Positions 19,014-28,810 of a stretch of 30,130 bases of DNA are shown piece by piece (within the stretch, counting starts at the first letter, position 1; each line of letters begins with the position of its first letter). The stretch is from Thermoanaerobaculia bacterium (GTDB lineage: Bacteria > Acidobacteriota > Thermoanaerobaculia > Multivoradales > UBA5704): assembly GCA_044226625.1 (NCBI GenBank), contig JBGAGQ010000073.1, positions 1 through 30,130 of the forward strand. The letters are read 5' to 3'. A program made the translations under genes and the position numbers. Below the pieces are notes generated by a model. It did no database searches. It was given only the letters and a program-made list of their open reading frames with translations, and was not told the origin of the DNA.

Positions 19014-22000
19014 TGGCGCGTCCGATCGATCCGGAAATCCTCGCCGGCTTCCTCGCCGAGGTGCGCGGCTACCTGCCGCGGATCGCGAGCGCGCTCGCCG
19101 GGGCGCGCGACGGCGACCGAGACCCCAAGGCGTTCGCCGAGGCGTATCGCCTGATGCACAGCATCAAAGGGGCGAGCTCGATGATCGGCCTCGCCGGCCT
19201 GTCGCACATCGCCTTCTACGCCGAGCAGCTGCTCGACGAGCTGCAGCTCGGCGAGCGGATCCTGGACGATCCGCTCACCCGCTTGCTCGGCGCGCTGCTC
19301 GACCGGATCGACGCCACGATCGACGGCATCGACAGCGCCGGCGGTGCGGGCGACGGCGAGCTCGCCTCGCGCGAGAGGCTCGCCGCGACGGTGGCCGAGT
19401 GCCGCCGGCTGCGCGGCCTGCCGCCGGAAGGCGACGCGGCCGAGCTCGAATCGCTGCTCGAGGCCGGGAAGGGGGCGCCGCCGGTCGAAGGTCTCTCGTC
19501 GGCGTCTCCGGCGGTCGAGGAGCCGCAAGCCGGCGGACCGAGCCCGTTCGAGGAGGAGACCCTTCCCGATCTTTCGATGCTCGACTTCGACGCCCTTCCG
19601 TCGGCCCGGGAGCCCGTCCGTGAGTCGATTCGCGAATCGAAACGACCGGCGATCGCCGCGGACCTCCTCGAGACCTTCCTCGAAGAAGCCGAGGTCCACC
19701 TCCAAGCGATCGCCGGGGCGCTGCGCGCCCTGTCGGCCGACGCCGCGGATCGCTCGGCGCTCCTGTCCGTGCGGCGCAGCGTCCATACCTTGAAAGGTGC
19801 GGCGAGCCTGGTCGGCTTCGGCGACCTGGCGCGCATCGCCCACCGCATGGAGGACCTCCTCGATTCCCTCGCGGACGGCGGCGAGGAGCCTTCGGAATCC
19901 GACCTCCAGCTCCTGTTCCGCACCACGGACGCGCTCGAAGATCTGGCGGCGGGCGGCACGCCGGCCGACCTGGCGGAGATCGCCGAGATCGCCGAGCTCG
20001 CCGGCCGCTACGACGCGCGCCTCGGAGACGGCGAGCCGTCCGCCGCGCCTGCGCCGCTACGCCTGGCTCCTCCGCTCGACCCTGGGCCCTCGTTGCGCCT
20101 CGCGAGCTTCCTCGAGCGCTCGGCTCCGGAGGAGCCCGTCGGGGATCTCGGGGATCTTAGGGATCGCGCCGATTCCTCGGGCGATTCGATGACCGCTGGG
20201 AGCAGCGATCGGTCCGCCGATCGCACGACGGACCGAATGACGGATCGAATGGCGGATCGAACCTCCGATCGCATGGCGGGGCCGACGCTCCGCGTGCCGC
20301 TCGAGCGGCTCGACGACGTCGTCCGTCTGGCGAGCGAGCTGGTGGTCCATCGCTCGGTCTTCGAGCGTCACGTGGCGGAACTGCAGCGCCGGGTCGACGA
20401 GATGATCGCGAGCCACGAGCGGCTGCGGCGTCTCGCCGGGCGGCTCGAGGCCGACTACGAGGTGCGCGCCCTTCTCGGCGTCGCGGCGGTCGGCTCCGGC
20501 GTGGCTCCGGTGGGTGTCGGCGCCTCGGGCTTCGAGGCTCCCTCCGGGTTCGATCCGCTCGAGCTCGACCGCTACACCGAGTTTCACCTGCTGTCGCGGG
20601 AGCTGGCCGAGACGGCGAGCGACCTCTCGGCGGTAGGCGTCGAGATCACGTCGTCGCTGGTCGATTTCGACGGCGACCTGACGCGTCTCGGGCGCCTTTC
20701 GAGCGACGTCCAGAACCGGCTGATGCGTCTGCGCATGGTGCCGCTCGCGCAGCTCGCCTCGCGGCTCCATCGGACGGTCCGCGTGACCGCGGAGCAGGAG
20801 GGCAAGCAGGTCGACCTGGAGATCGTGGGCGAGACGGTCGAGATCGACAAGACCGTGCTCGAAGAGCTGGCGGACCCCTTGCTTCATCTGCTGCGCAACG
20901 CGGTCGCCCACGGCATCGAGCCCGCGGCGCTGCGCAGCGCGACCGGCAAGCCCGCTCGGGGACGCATTCGCGTCCACGCGATCTACGAGGGAACGCAGGT
21001 CACCGTGCGGGTGAGCGACGACGGTGCGGGGATGGACCCGCAAGGGCTGATCGCCGCGGCGCTCGCCGCGGGACGGATCACGGAGGAGGCCGCCGCGACG
21101 CTCTCCGAAGAGCAGGCGATCGACCTCGCCTTCCTACCCGGTCTTTCGACCGCGGGCGCGCTCTCCGAGGTCTCGGGGCGCGGCGTCGGGCTCGACGTCG
21201 TGAAGGCCGGCGTCCACCGCGCCAAGGGGAACGTCTCGGTCCGCTCCGCGCCGGGGCTGGGCACGACGTTCTCGATCCGCCTGCCGATGAGCCTCGCGGT
21301 CGCGAAGGTGCTCATGGTGCGTTCGCGGGGCGAGACGTTCGCCGTGCCCCTCGCCTCGGTCGCCCAGATCCTGCGGGTCGACCGCTCGGCGGTCGAGACG
21401 TTCGGTCGCGAGCCGGTCATCTCGCTCGACGGCAAGGTCTACCCCTTCCTCGACCTCGGCGAGCGCTTGCGGCTCGGTGGCGCTCCGGAGGAGCCCGCCG
21501 CCCAGGTGCCGGTCCTGTTCCTCTCGTTGGGAGAACGCAAGGCGGCGCTCGCGGTCGATCAGGTCGGCCAGGCGCGCGAGGTGGTCGTCAAGCCGCTCGG
21601 ACCGCTGCTCGGCCGGGTTCCGGGCATCTCGAGCGCCACCCTCTCGGGCGACGGCGAGGTGGTGCTGATCGTCAACCCGTCCGAGCTGGTGGGCATCGAT
21701 CCGGGCGCCGGGTTCGAGGTCGACGCCACGTCCGGGCCGTCGACCGCCGCGCCGCCGCGCCCGATCGAGGTCATGGTGGTCGACGATTCGCTCTCGGTGC
21801 GGCGCGTGCTGGGCAACCTGATCCACGGCGCGGGGTGGCGCGCGGTTCCGGCCCGCGACGGCCTCGAGGCGCTCGAGCTGCTCCAGGAGGGGGACCACGA
21901 TCCCGACGTGCTCCTGCTCGACATCGAGATGCCGCGGATGGACGGCTACGAGCTCACGGCGACGTTGCGCGGCATGCCGGAGTTCGCGGGTCTGCCGATC

Positions 22001-22144
22001 GTCATCCTGACCTCGCGGGCGGGCGAGAAGCACCGGCAGCGCGCCTTCGAGCTCGGCGCCACGGAATACCTGGTCAAGCCGTACGAGGACGCGACCCTGC
22101 TCGCGGTGGTCCGGCGGCTCGCTCGCGAGGCGCGCCCGACGTGA
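19013..22144 (+). CDS. cheA: CheA/ChpA-like hybrid kinase (2 Hpt, dimerization, HATPase, CheW, REC)
   Basis: Hpt1 MHSIKG, Hpt2 VHTLKG, LRVPLERLD, PLLHLLRNAVAHGIE, SDDGAG, SGRGVGLDVV, CheW domain, C-terminal REC LLDIEMPRMDG..KP. ATG overlaps the cheR stop. Confidence 0.96.
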   Translation: MARPIDPEILAGFLAEVRGYLPRIASALAGARDGDRDPKAFAEAYRLMHSIKGASSMIGLAGLSHIAFYAEQLLDELQLGERILDDPLTRLLGALLDRIDATIDGIDSAGGAGDGELASRERLAATVAECRRLRGLPPEGDAAELESLLEAGKGAPPVEGLSSASPAVEEPQAGGPSPFEEETLPDLSMLDFDALPSAREPVRESIRESKRPAIAADLLETFLEEAEVHLQAIAGALRALSADAADRSALLSVRRSVHTLKGAASLVGFGDLARIAHRMEDLLDSLADGGEEPSESDLQLLFRTTDALEDLAAGGTPADLAEIAEIAELAGRYDARLGDGEPSAAPAPLRLAPPLDPGPSLRLASFLERSAPEEPVGDLGDLRDRADSSGDSMTAGSSDRSADRTTDRMTDRMADRTSDRMAGPTLRVPLERLDDVVRLASELVVHRSVFERHVAELQRRVDEMIASHERLRRLAGRLEADYEVRALLGVAAVGSGVAPVGVGASGFEAPSGFDPLELDRYTEFHLLSRELAETASDLSAVGVEITSSLVDFDGDLTRLGRLSSDVQNRLMRLRMVPLAQLASRLHRTVRVTAEQEGKQVDLEIVGETVEIDKTVLEELADPLLHLLRNAVAHGIEPAALRSATGKPARGRIRVHAIYEGTQVTVRVSDDGAGMDPQGLIAAALAAGRITEEAAATLSEEQAIDLAFLPGLSTAGALSEVSGRGVGLDVVKAGVHRAKGNVSVRSAPGLGTTFSIRLPMSLAVAKVLMVRSRGETFAVPLASVAQILRVDRSAVETFGREPVISLDGKVYPFLDLGERLRLGGAPEEPAAQVPVLFLSLGERKAALAVDQVGQAREVVVKPLGPLLGRVPGISSATLSGDGEVVLIVNPSELVGIDPGAGFEVDATSGPSTAAPPRPIEVMVVDDSLSVRRVLGNLIHGAGWRAVPARDGLEALELLQEGDHDPDVLLLDIEMPRMDGYELTATLRGMPEFAGLPIVILTSRAGEKHRQRAFELGATEYLVKPYEDATLLAVVRRLAREARPT
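20207..20278 (+). repeat. Six degenerate 12-bp coding repeats (DRxx)6 in the CheA linker
   Basis: DRSA DRTT DRMT DRMA DRTS DRMA, encoded by GAY-CGN-based 12-mers. Confidence 0.8.
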
Positions 22145-23262
22145 GCCGGCCGGCGCGGGTCCTCGTCGTCGACGATTCGCCGTTCGTCTGCCGGCTGGTC
22201 GCGGGCTACCTCGCGGCCGAGCCGGATCTCGAGGTCGCGGGCACGGCCCATTCCGGATCGCAGGCGCTCGAGCGCCTGCGCGAGCTCCGGCCGGACGTGG
22301 TCGCGCTGGATCTCGAAATGCCCGAGCTCGACGGCCTCGAGGTCGTGCGGCGCGCGATGGCCGAGCGGCCGACGGCGATCGTCGTGATCACCGGCGCGAG
22401 CGGCCGCGCGGCGACCCGGACGCTGCAATCGCTCGACGCGGGAGCGGTCGATTTCGTCCTCAAGTACGCGCCGGGCACGCGGCTCGACCCCTTGGAGCTC
22501 CGGCGCGAGATCGTGGCGAAAGTCCGCGCCGCGGCGGGCGTGCGCGTGGTCCGCTCGCTGCCGCAGCGGACCGCCTATCTGCCGCCTCCTTTCGCCGTGT
22601 CGCTCTCGGAGGGCGCCGCGCGCGCCCGGACCGCGGGACCGGGTGGCGTCGTGGTGATCGGCGCCTCGACCGGCGGACCGCTCGCGCTGCGCCAACTCCT
22701 CGCCGAGCTGCCGAGCGATTTCACCTGGCCGGTGTTGATCGTCCAGCACATCCCGGCGAGCTTCACCGGCGTCCTCGCGGCCCAGCTCGACCGTCATTCG
22801 CCGCTGCCGGTGCGGGAGGCGGAGGCGGGCGACCGCCTGGTTGCGGGATCGGTCTTCGTCGCGCCGGGCGGGCGCCATTGCCTGGTCGGCCGCGACGGCC
22901 GGATCGAGCTCTCCACCGGGCCGGAGGTCGGCGGACATCGGCCGTCGGTCGACGTCGCGCTCCAGTCGGCCGCGCAGGCTCTCGGCGGCCGCTCGATCGG
23001 CGTCCTGCTCTCCGGCATGGGCGACGACGGGGTGGAGGGGCTGCGCGCGGTGCGCGCCAAGGGGGGCCGCACGTTCGCCCAGGACGCGGCGAGCTGCGTC
23101 GTCGCCGGCATGCCGCAGCGCGCGATCGAAGCGGGCGTGGTCGATGCGGTGGCGCCGCCGTCCGAGATCGGCCGCCTGCTCGGCGCGATCGACCGGGAGC
23201 GGCCGGGCGAAGTCGGCGCCTCGGGGTCCGCGCCACCGGCACGGCGGGCCGAGGGAGGGTGA
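22141..23262 (+). CDS. cheB: Chemotaxis methylesterase CheB (REC + esterase)
   Basis: REC VVDDS, LDLEMP. Catalytic GASTGG, VQHIP, SGMGDDG; HRPSVD. GTG start overlaps the cheA stop. Confidence 0.95.
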   Translation: MSRPARVLVVDDSPFVCRLVAGYLAAEPDLEVAGTAHSGSQALERLRELRPDVVALDLEMPELDGLEVVRRAMAERPTAIVVITGASGRAATRTLQSLDAGAVDFVLKYAPGTRLDPLELRREIVAKVRAAAGVRVVRSLPQRTAYLPPPFAVSLSEGAARARTAGPGGVVVIGASTGGPLALRQLLAELPSDFTWPVLIVQHIPASFTGVLAAQLDRHSPLPVREAEAGDRLVAGSVFVAPGGRHCLVGRDGRIELSTGPEVGGHRPSVDVALQSAAQALGGRSIGVLLSGMGDDGVEGLRAVRAKGGRTFAQDAASCVVAGMPQRAIEAGVVDAVAPPSEIGRLLGAIDRERPGEVGASGSAPPARRAEGG

Positions 23263-23265
23263 CCG

Positions 23266-24276
23266 ATGGCTCGGATCGCCCATTTCCTCCTCGGCAAGGA
23301 TCGATTCGCGATCGACCTCGCGGCCCTCTCGGGGATCGAACGGACGGACCGGCTGCAGAGGGTGCCCACGGAGCCCACCGCGACCTCACACCCGTCGGCC
23401 GCCGCGCCGGTCTCGGCGATCGGCTGGCTGCTCGGTCCGCGCGAGGACCTGCCGGTCTATCGCCTGAGCCAGCTGTTGGGGGTGCCCCAACCGGAGGAGG
23501 GACCGCGGGAAGGGGTCGTCCTGGTGTGCGCGGCGACGTCGGGCGGCGCCGCCGGCTCGTTCGGCCTCCTGGTCGATGAGCTCGAGCGCTCACGGGATTC
23601 GGCCGTCGCCGTCCATGCTTTGCCCGAGCCGTTCCGGCGCGCCGGCGTGGCGGCGTTCTCCGGCGTCGTCCGATCGGCGGGCGCGCTGTCGCTCCTGGTC
23701 GATCCGGCGCGGTTGTTGTCGGACGGACGCGGCGCGGGCTCGGCGGGCGAAGAGGGCCTGTCCCGCGTCGGCGCCGTGGAGGATGTCCCCGCGCCGTGCG
23801 CCGCGGGCTCGGCGCGTCCGGCGTCGCGCGTCCTGTTGGCCGATCTTTCGGTCGAGGATCCCGTCGGTCGGCGGACCTTCGCCGCGTTGGCCGCGGGACA
23901 GGTTCGGGAGGTGACCGAGGCGCTGCCGACGCTCGCCGTGCCCGGGGCGCCCTCTCGCCTGCCGGGGTTGATCCTCTGGCGCGATCAACCGCTGCCGTTG
24001 CTGGATCTGGCGGCGGGCCTCGATGGCTGGTCTCGGCCCGCGATCCCGCGGCGGGAGCCTCGGCGTTTCGTGATCGCCGACGCGGGACGCCAGATCCTGG
24101 CGCTGCCGGTGGGCCGGGACGTGCGGTTCGAGCGCCTGCCGCTGCCCGCGACCGAGCCGATCGAGATCGAGCCCGCTCTCGTCGAACTGGGGGTCCGCGC
24201 CGGCTACGTCCAAGCAGGCTCGCTCCTGCTCGTATTCGATCTTGGGCATTCGCTCTTGCGAGGCCAGTTGACATAA
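23266..24276 (+). CDS. Tandem CheW-domain protein (ChpC-like position)
   Basis: Two degenerate CheW repeats: IGWL..LPVYRLSQLLG..GLLVDE and VPGAPSRLPGLILWRDQPLPLLDL. RBS GAGGGAGG. Confidence 0.8.
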   Translation: MARIAHFLLGKDRFAIDLAALSGIERTDRLQRVPTEPTATSHPSAAAPVSAIGWLLGPREDLPVYRLSQLLGVPQPEEGPREGVVLVCAATSGGAAGSFGLLVDELERSRDSAVAVHALPEPFRRAGVAAFSGVVRSAGALSLLVDPARLLSDGRGAGSAGEEGLSRVGAVEDVPAPCAAGSARPASRVLLADLSVEDPVGRRTFAALAAGQVREVTEALPTLAVPGAPSRLPGLILWRDQPLPLLDLAAGLDGWSRPAIPRREPRRFVIADAGRQILALPVGRDVRFERLPLPATEPIEIEPALVELGVRAGYVQAGSLLLVFDLGHSLLRGQLT

Positions 24277-24288
24277 GGTTCGGCGAGA

Positions 24289-25326
24289 ATGCATCGGGTC
24301 CTCGTGATCGACGACAACCAGGACGACCTCGCGCTGGCCGATGCCGCGCTCTCCAAGGCGGGTTTCGAGGTGCTGCTGCTGGACGGGCCGCTGCGCGCCG
24401 TCGACATCGCCGCGGCGCACGCCGTGTCCGCGATCGTGCTCGACCGGCGGATGCCCGGGTCGTCCGGGATCGACGTGCTGCGCGCGATGCGCGCCGACGC
24501 CCGGACCCGACCGGTTCCGATCCTCTTCCTTTCCGCCGACGGCGACGTCCAGTCGCGCATCGAGGGGCTCGAAGAAGGGGCGGACGACTATCTCGGAAAA
24601 CCGTTCCATCCGAGCGAGCTGGTCCTGCGCCTGGAGCGCCTGGTCTCGCGCGGCGCGAGCGCGGAACACAGTTTGGAAGGTCGGATCGAGGACGTCCCCC
24701 TGCCCGACGTCCTCCAGACGCTCATGCACGGCCGGCTGAGCGGCGTTCTGATCGCGGCCGGCGGCGCGATCGGTCGGATCGTGCTCCACCGTGGCGAGAT
24801 TTGCGCCGCCTCCAAAGGAGACCTCTCGGGCCGGGAGGCGCTGATCGACTTGATGTCGACGCCGAAAGGGCGCTTCCGCTTCATCGCGGGCGATACCGAC
24901 CGGGAGCGCTCGGAGTGCGTGGCGGAGATCGATTTGAACGGCGCGCTCCTCGACGCCGCGTGGACCTCCGACGAGCTCCAGCGGGTCGAGAAGCACCTGC
25001 CGCCCAAAGAGGGTCTGCTCTGGCTCCGCCGGACGCCGCGACCGGTCGACGCCTCGCGGCCGCTGCCGATCGACGAGGTGGCGGCCGGTTTGCGCCGGCG
25101 CCCCGGCTCGACGTTCGCCGAGCTCGCGGCCGACCTCGCGCTCGCGCCCCAACGGGTGGCGCTCACCGTGGCGACGTTGATCGCCGAAGGGAGCGTCGCG
25201 GTGGCCGGAACGTTCGCCTCGACCGCCGCCATCGCGGCCGCGGCAGCTCCCGCCATCGTCGCTCCGCCACCCGCCGAACCTGCACCGTCCGAAGGGGTCG
25301 CGGTGGCCGAGGAGCCCCGTTCTTGA
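24289..25326 (+). CDS. Response regulator REC + DUF4388 (PATAN-like) + possible C-terminal helical/wHTH region
   Basis: VIDDN, VLDRRMPG, GADDYLGKPF. Then LEGRIEDVPLPDVLQTLMHGRLSGVL..GRIVLHRGEI..GRFRF..LLDAAWTSDE. Confidence 0.88.
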   Translation: MHRVLVIDDNQDDLALADAALSKAGFEVLLLDGPLRAVDIAAAHAVSAIVLDRRMPGSSGIDVLRAMRADARTRPVPILFLSADGDVQSRIEGLEEGADDYLGKPFHPSELVLRLERLVSRGASAEHSLEGRIEDVPLPDVLQTLMHGRLSGVLIAAGGAIGRIVLHRGEICAASKGDLSGREALIDLMSTPKGRFRFIAGDTDRERSECVAEIDLNGALLDAAWTSDELQRVEKHLPPKEGLLWLRRTPRPVDASRPLPIDEVAAGLRRRPGSTFAELAADLALAPQRVALTVATLIAEGSVAVAGTFASTAAIAAAAAPAIVAPPPAEPAPSEGVAVAEEPRS

Positions 25327-28300
25327 GCGAGCGCGCCCGCCCTCGGCGCCCGGGCCTCGCCGCGGGGGTCGCGCTCTCCGGCGCGGTCGTCCTCGCCTTG
25401 GTTTTGGGTTTGGCGATCGCCGGGGCGGATCGGCTCGGCGCTTGGCGCCGGGCGACCCAGTTCACCCTCCGTGACGTCGACGGCACGGCGGCCCGCGGCG
25501 GTCCCCCCGAGCTGCTGGCGGCGGAGCGGGCGCTCGAGGCCATCGAGGTCGCGAGCCTCGTCGGGCTCGTGGGCCTCATCGGGGGCGCCGCGTGGCTCTT
25601 GGGGCGCCGACGGTCGGTGGACGCGCAAGAGCCCGAGCGGCAGGCGGCGGCCGATTCCCATCCCCGGACGACCCGTCCGCCGATGGACGACCTGGGCGAG
25701 ACGATGCTCGAAAGCCGCGAGCTGTTCGCCCAGTCCCACGATCTGGTCTTCGTCCTCGACGCGCACGAGCGTTTCGTCGCGGTCAATCCGCGTTGGCTCG
25801 AAACCCTGGGCTATTCGCGCGAAGAGAACCTCGGGTTCCGTTTCTCCGACGTCCTGCGGCCGGACCAGGTTCCGTTCTGGCAGCAGATCTTCGCCGCCGC
25901 ACGCCTCGGCGAGCGGTCGCCCAGCTTCGAGGCCGTCCTCCTCTCCAGAGGAGGCCGCGAGGTCTTGGTCGAGGGGTTCTGCTGGCCGCGGCTCGATCCG
26001 CAGGGGCATTTCGTCGAGCTGCGCGGCCTGCTGCTCGACGTCTCGGATCGCCAGCGCGCGGAGCGGGAGCAGGCGCTCGGCGAGGAACGCTTCCGCAATC
26101 TGTTCCAGCGCATCCCCTCCCCGCTGCTGATCTACGACCGCAAGTCGTACGCCCTGCTGGGCGTGAACGAGCGGGCGCTCGAGCAGTACGGGTATACGCG
26201 GTCCGAGATCCTCGCCCTGCGGGTCACCGACCTGCTCGCGGCCGAAGAGGTGGAGCGGGCCGACCGCCTGCGCGAGCAGGGCTCGGCCGCCCTCGCGGGG
26301 GAGTGGCGCCACCGCCGCTGCGACGGCGGCACGTTCGACGTCGAGGTGGTCGCCTATCCCACCGAGTTTGCCGCCCGCGAGACGTGGCTCGCCTTCGTTC
26401 GCGACACGACGGAGGAGAAGAAGACCCGCGCCGCCTTGCGCGACAGCGAAGAGCGCTACCGCGCGCTGTTCGAGAACAGCCTGGCGCTGATCTGCACCCA
26501 CGATCTGGACGGCCAGGTGCTCGCGGTCAACCCCGCGGCGGCACGGCGGATCGGCCTGTCGGCCGAATCGATGGTCGGCAAGAACATCATGGACGCGCTC
26601 GCGCCGGCGTATCGCGACCGGTTCGACGGGTACATCGAGAAGATCCGGAGCGGCGGCTCGGCGGAGGGCTCGATGCACGTCCAGAGCGCCCGCGGCGAGG
26701 ACTTCGTCTGGGCCTATCAGTGCATCCGGTTCGATCGGCCGGGTGCGCCGTCGTACGTGCTCGGCCACGCCTTCGACGTCACCGAGCACCGCAAGGCCGA
26801 GCAGGCGCTCGCGCGTAGCGAAAAGCGCTACCGGGAGCTGTTCGAATCCTCGGGCGACCTGATCCAGAGCGTCGACGCCCAGGGGAAGTTCAACTACGTC
26901 AATCCGAGCTGGCTCAAGGCGCTGGGCTACTCGCAGGCCGAGGTCGCCGACCTCACGCTCTTCGACGTCGTCGCGCCCGAGGAGCAACCGCATTGCCAGG
27001 CGATCTTCGACACGTTGATCTCGGGCCGGCAGCAGAACCTGCAGGTGGAGACCGTGTTCCTCACCCGCGACGATCACCGGCCGATCCAGCTCGAGGGGCT
27101 GGTCTCGTCGGTGTTCTCGCACGGTCGGTTCATGGCCACCCAGGGATTCTTCCGCGACGTCACAGACCGGCGTCGCCTCGAATCGGAGCGCCAGATCTAC
27201 CTCGAGCGGATCGAGCGCCAGAAAGTCGACCTCGAGCTGCGCAACCGCGAGGTGGAGCGGGCGAACCGGCACAAGAGCGAGTTCCTCGCGACCATGAGCC
27301 ATGAGCTCCGGACGCCGCTCACCGCGATCATCGGATTTTCCGACCTGCTCGCGGACGGTTTCGCGGGTGACCTGAACGAGACGCAGATCAACTACCTCGG
27401 CTTCGTGCGCAAGGGCGCGCGCCACCTCCTCCAGCTGATCAACGACGTGCTCGACATGTCGAAGATCGAGGCCGGCCGCCTGGAGCTCGATCCGGAGGAG
27501 CTGGAGGTCGACGAGGTCGTCTCGGAGGTCTGCTCGACCATCGAGCCGCTCGCGGCCGCCAAGCGCCAGAAGGTCTCCTACCAGCTCACCGAGCCGTTGA
27601 TCGTGCACGCCGATCGAGTCCGTTTCAAACAGGTCCTGTTCAACCTGCTGAGCAACGCGGTGAAGTTCTCGCCCGACGGCGGGCGGGTGACGATCGAGGG
27701 CAACCGCGTCGGCCGCTTCGTCTGCCTCTCGGTACGCGACGAAGGATCGGGTATCGCGGCCGAGCATCAGGAGGCGATCTTCCAGCCGTTCCGCCAGGTG
27801 CCGACTTCCGGCCGGCGCGAGGGGACCGGCCTGGGGCTCGCGATCGTCCGCCGTCTGGTCGAGCAGCATGGCGGCCGGATTTGGGTCGAGAGCACGCCCG
27901 GCAAGGGGAGCACCTTCGCGTTCCTTCTCCCGTCGGCGAAAGCCGTGGAGGTGGCGCCGGTGCCGGCTCCCGCGCTGCGCGTCGAGGAGCGGACGCGGCC
28001 GCTGATCCTGGTGGTCGAGGACGACGCGGCCTGGCGGGAGCTCCTGGAGAGCCAGCTCGTCGCCGAGGGGTACGACGTCGTCGCGATGCCGTGGGATCCT
28101 TCGGCGGCGGCGAAGATCCGCGCCCTGTCGCCGGACCTCGTGCTGCTCGAGCCGCTCGCCGGCCAGTCGGCCGGCTGGAAGCTGCTCGAAGCGCTCGGCA
28201 GGGAGTCGGGCGGGGAGGCCCCGGCCGTCGTCGTGGTCTCGGATCTCGACGAGAGGCGGCGCGGCTTCTCGCTCGGCGCGGTCGATTTCCTGGTCAAGCC

Positions 28301-28772
28301 CGTAATGCGCGAGATCCTGCTCGAGGTGGTCGCGCGCCACGCGCCCCCCTCGGCCGCGGCGAAACCGGCCCCGGTTCTGCTGGTCGACCATCGGCCGGAG
28401 CGCCAACGGCTGCTCGCCGCCGCGATCCAGGACGCGGGCCTTCGGCCGCTGGTCGCGCGGGACGGCCCCGAGGCGCTCGACATCCTGGCCTGGGTCCATC
28501 CGTGTGCCTTGGTGATCTGTCTCGACCTGCCGGAGATGGACGGCTATCAGACCGTTCTGCGCCTTCGCGCCGATCCGGCTTCGACCAACCTGCCGATCCT
28601 CGCGCTGATCGCCGAGGGAACGGCGACGGACGGTCTTCGCGTCCTCTCCGGGCGCTCCCGGCTGCTCGAAGTGGCGGCCTCTCCCGATCCGCAGGCGGTC
28701 GCCTCGGAATTGCGTGCTTTGCTTGAAGTGTCCACCGCGACGCCGGTGCCGGCGGTCGCCATGTCGTCTTAG
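25323..28772 (+). CDS. Hybrid sensor kinase: 2 TM, 4 PAS, HisKA, HATPase, 2 atypical REC
   Basis: TTG overlaps the upstream stop. Four PAS blocks (e.g. YRALFENSLALICTHDLDG, YRELFESSGDLIQSVDAQG). FLATMSHELRTPL, NLLSNAVKF, DEGSGI, GTGLGL, GKGSTF. Confidence 0.93.
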   Translation: MSERARPRRPGLAAGVALSGAVVLALVLGLAIAGADRLGAWRRATQFTLRDVDGTAARGGPPELLAAERALEAIEVASLVGLVGLIGGAAWLLGRRRSVDAQEPERQAAADSHPRTTRPPMDDLGETMLESRELFAQSHDLVFVLDAHERFVAVNPRWLETLGYSREENLGFRFSDVLRPDQVPFWQQIFAAARLGERSPSFEAVLLSRGGREVLVEGFCWPRLDPQGHFVELRGLLLDVSDRQRAEREQALGEERFRNLFQRIPSPLLIYDRKSYALLGVNERALEQYGYTRSEILALRVTDLLAAEEVERADRLREQGSAALAGEWRHRRCDGGTFDVEVVAYPTEFAARETWLAFVRDTTEEKKTRAALRDSEERYRALFENSLALICTHDLDGQVLAVNPAAARRIGLSAESMVGKNIMDALAPAYRDRFDGYIEKIRSGGSAEGSMHVQSARGEDFVWAYQCIRFDRPGAPSYVLGHAFDVTEHRKAEQALARSEKRYRELFESSGDLIQSVDAQGKFNYVNPSWLKALGYSQAEVADLTLFDVVAPEEQPHCQAIFDTLISGRQQNLQVETVFLTRDDHRPIQLEGLVSSVFSHGRFMATQGFFRDVTDRRRLESERQIYLERIERQKVDLELRNREVERANRHKSEFLATMSHELRTPLTAIIGFSDLLADGFAGDLNETQINYLGFVRKGARHLLQLINDVLDMSKIEAGRLELDPEELEVDEVVSEVCSTIEPLAAAKRQKVSYQLTEPLIVHADRVRFKQVLFNLLSNAVKFSPDGGRVTIEGNRVGRFVCLSVRDEGSGIAAEHQEAIFQPFRQVPTSGRREGTGLGLAIVRRLVEQHGGRIWVESTPGKGSTFAFLLPSAKAVEVAPVPAPALRVEERTRPLILVVEDDAAWRELLESQLVAEGYDVVAMPWDPSAAAKIRALSPDLVLLEPLAGQSAGWKLLEALGRESGGEAPAVVVVSDLDERRRGFSLGAVDFLVKPVMREILLEVVARHAPPSAAAKPAPVLLVDHRPERQRLLAAAIQDAGLRPLVARDGPEALDILAWVHPCALVICLDLPEMDGYQTVLRLRADPASTNLPILALIAEGTATDGLRVLSGRSRLLEVAASPDPQAVASELRALLEVSTATPVPAVAMSS

Positions 28773-28810
28773 CCCCGAACTTTTGCGGGGTCTAGGAGGA
28801 GAGAACGCCG

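Noticed and set aside
24588-28499. 1303-aa antisense ORF, and similar long antisense ORFs at 4754-6289, 5965-7683, 11237-12910 and 15401-17731
   Set aside because: Antisense mirrors of well-supported + strand genes, with no domain motifs.
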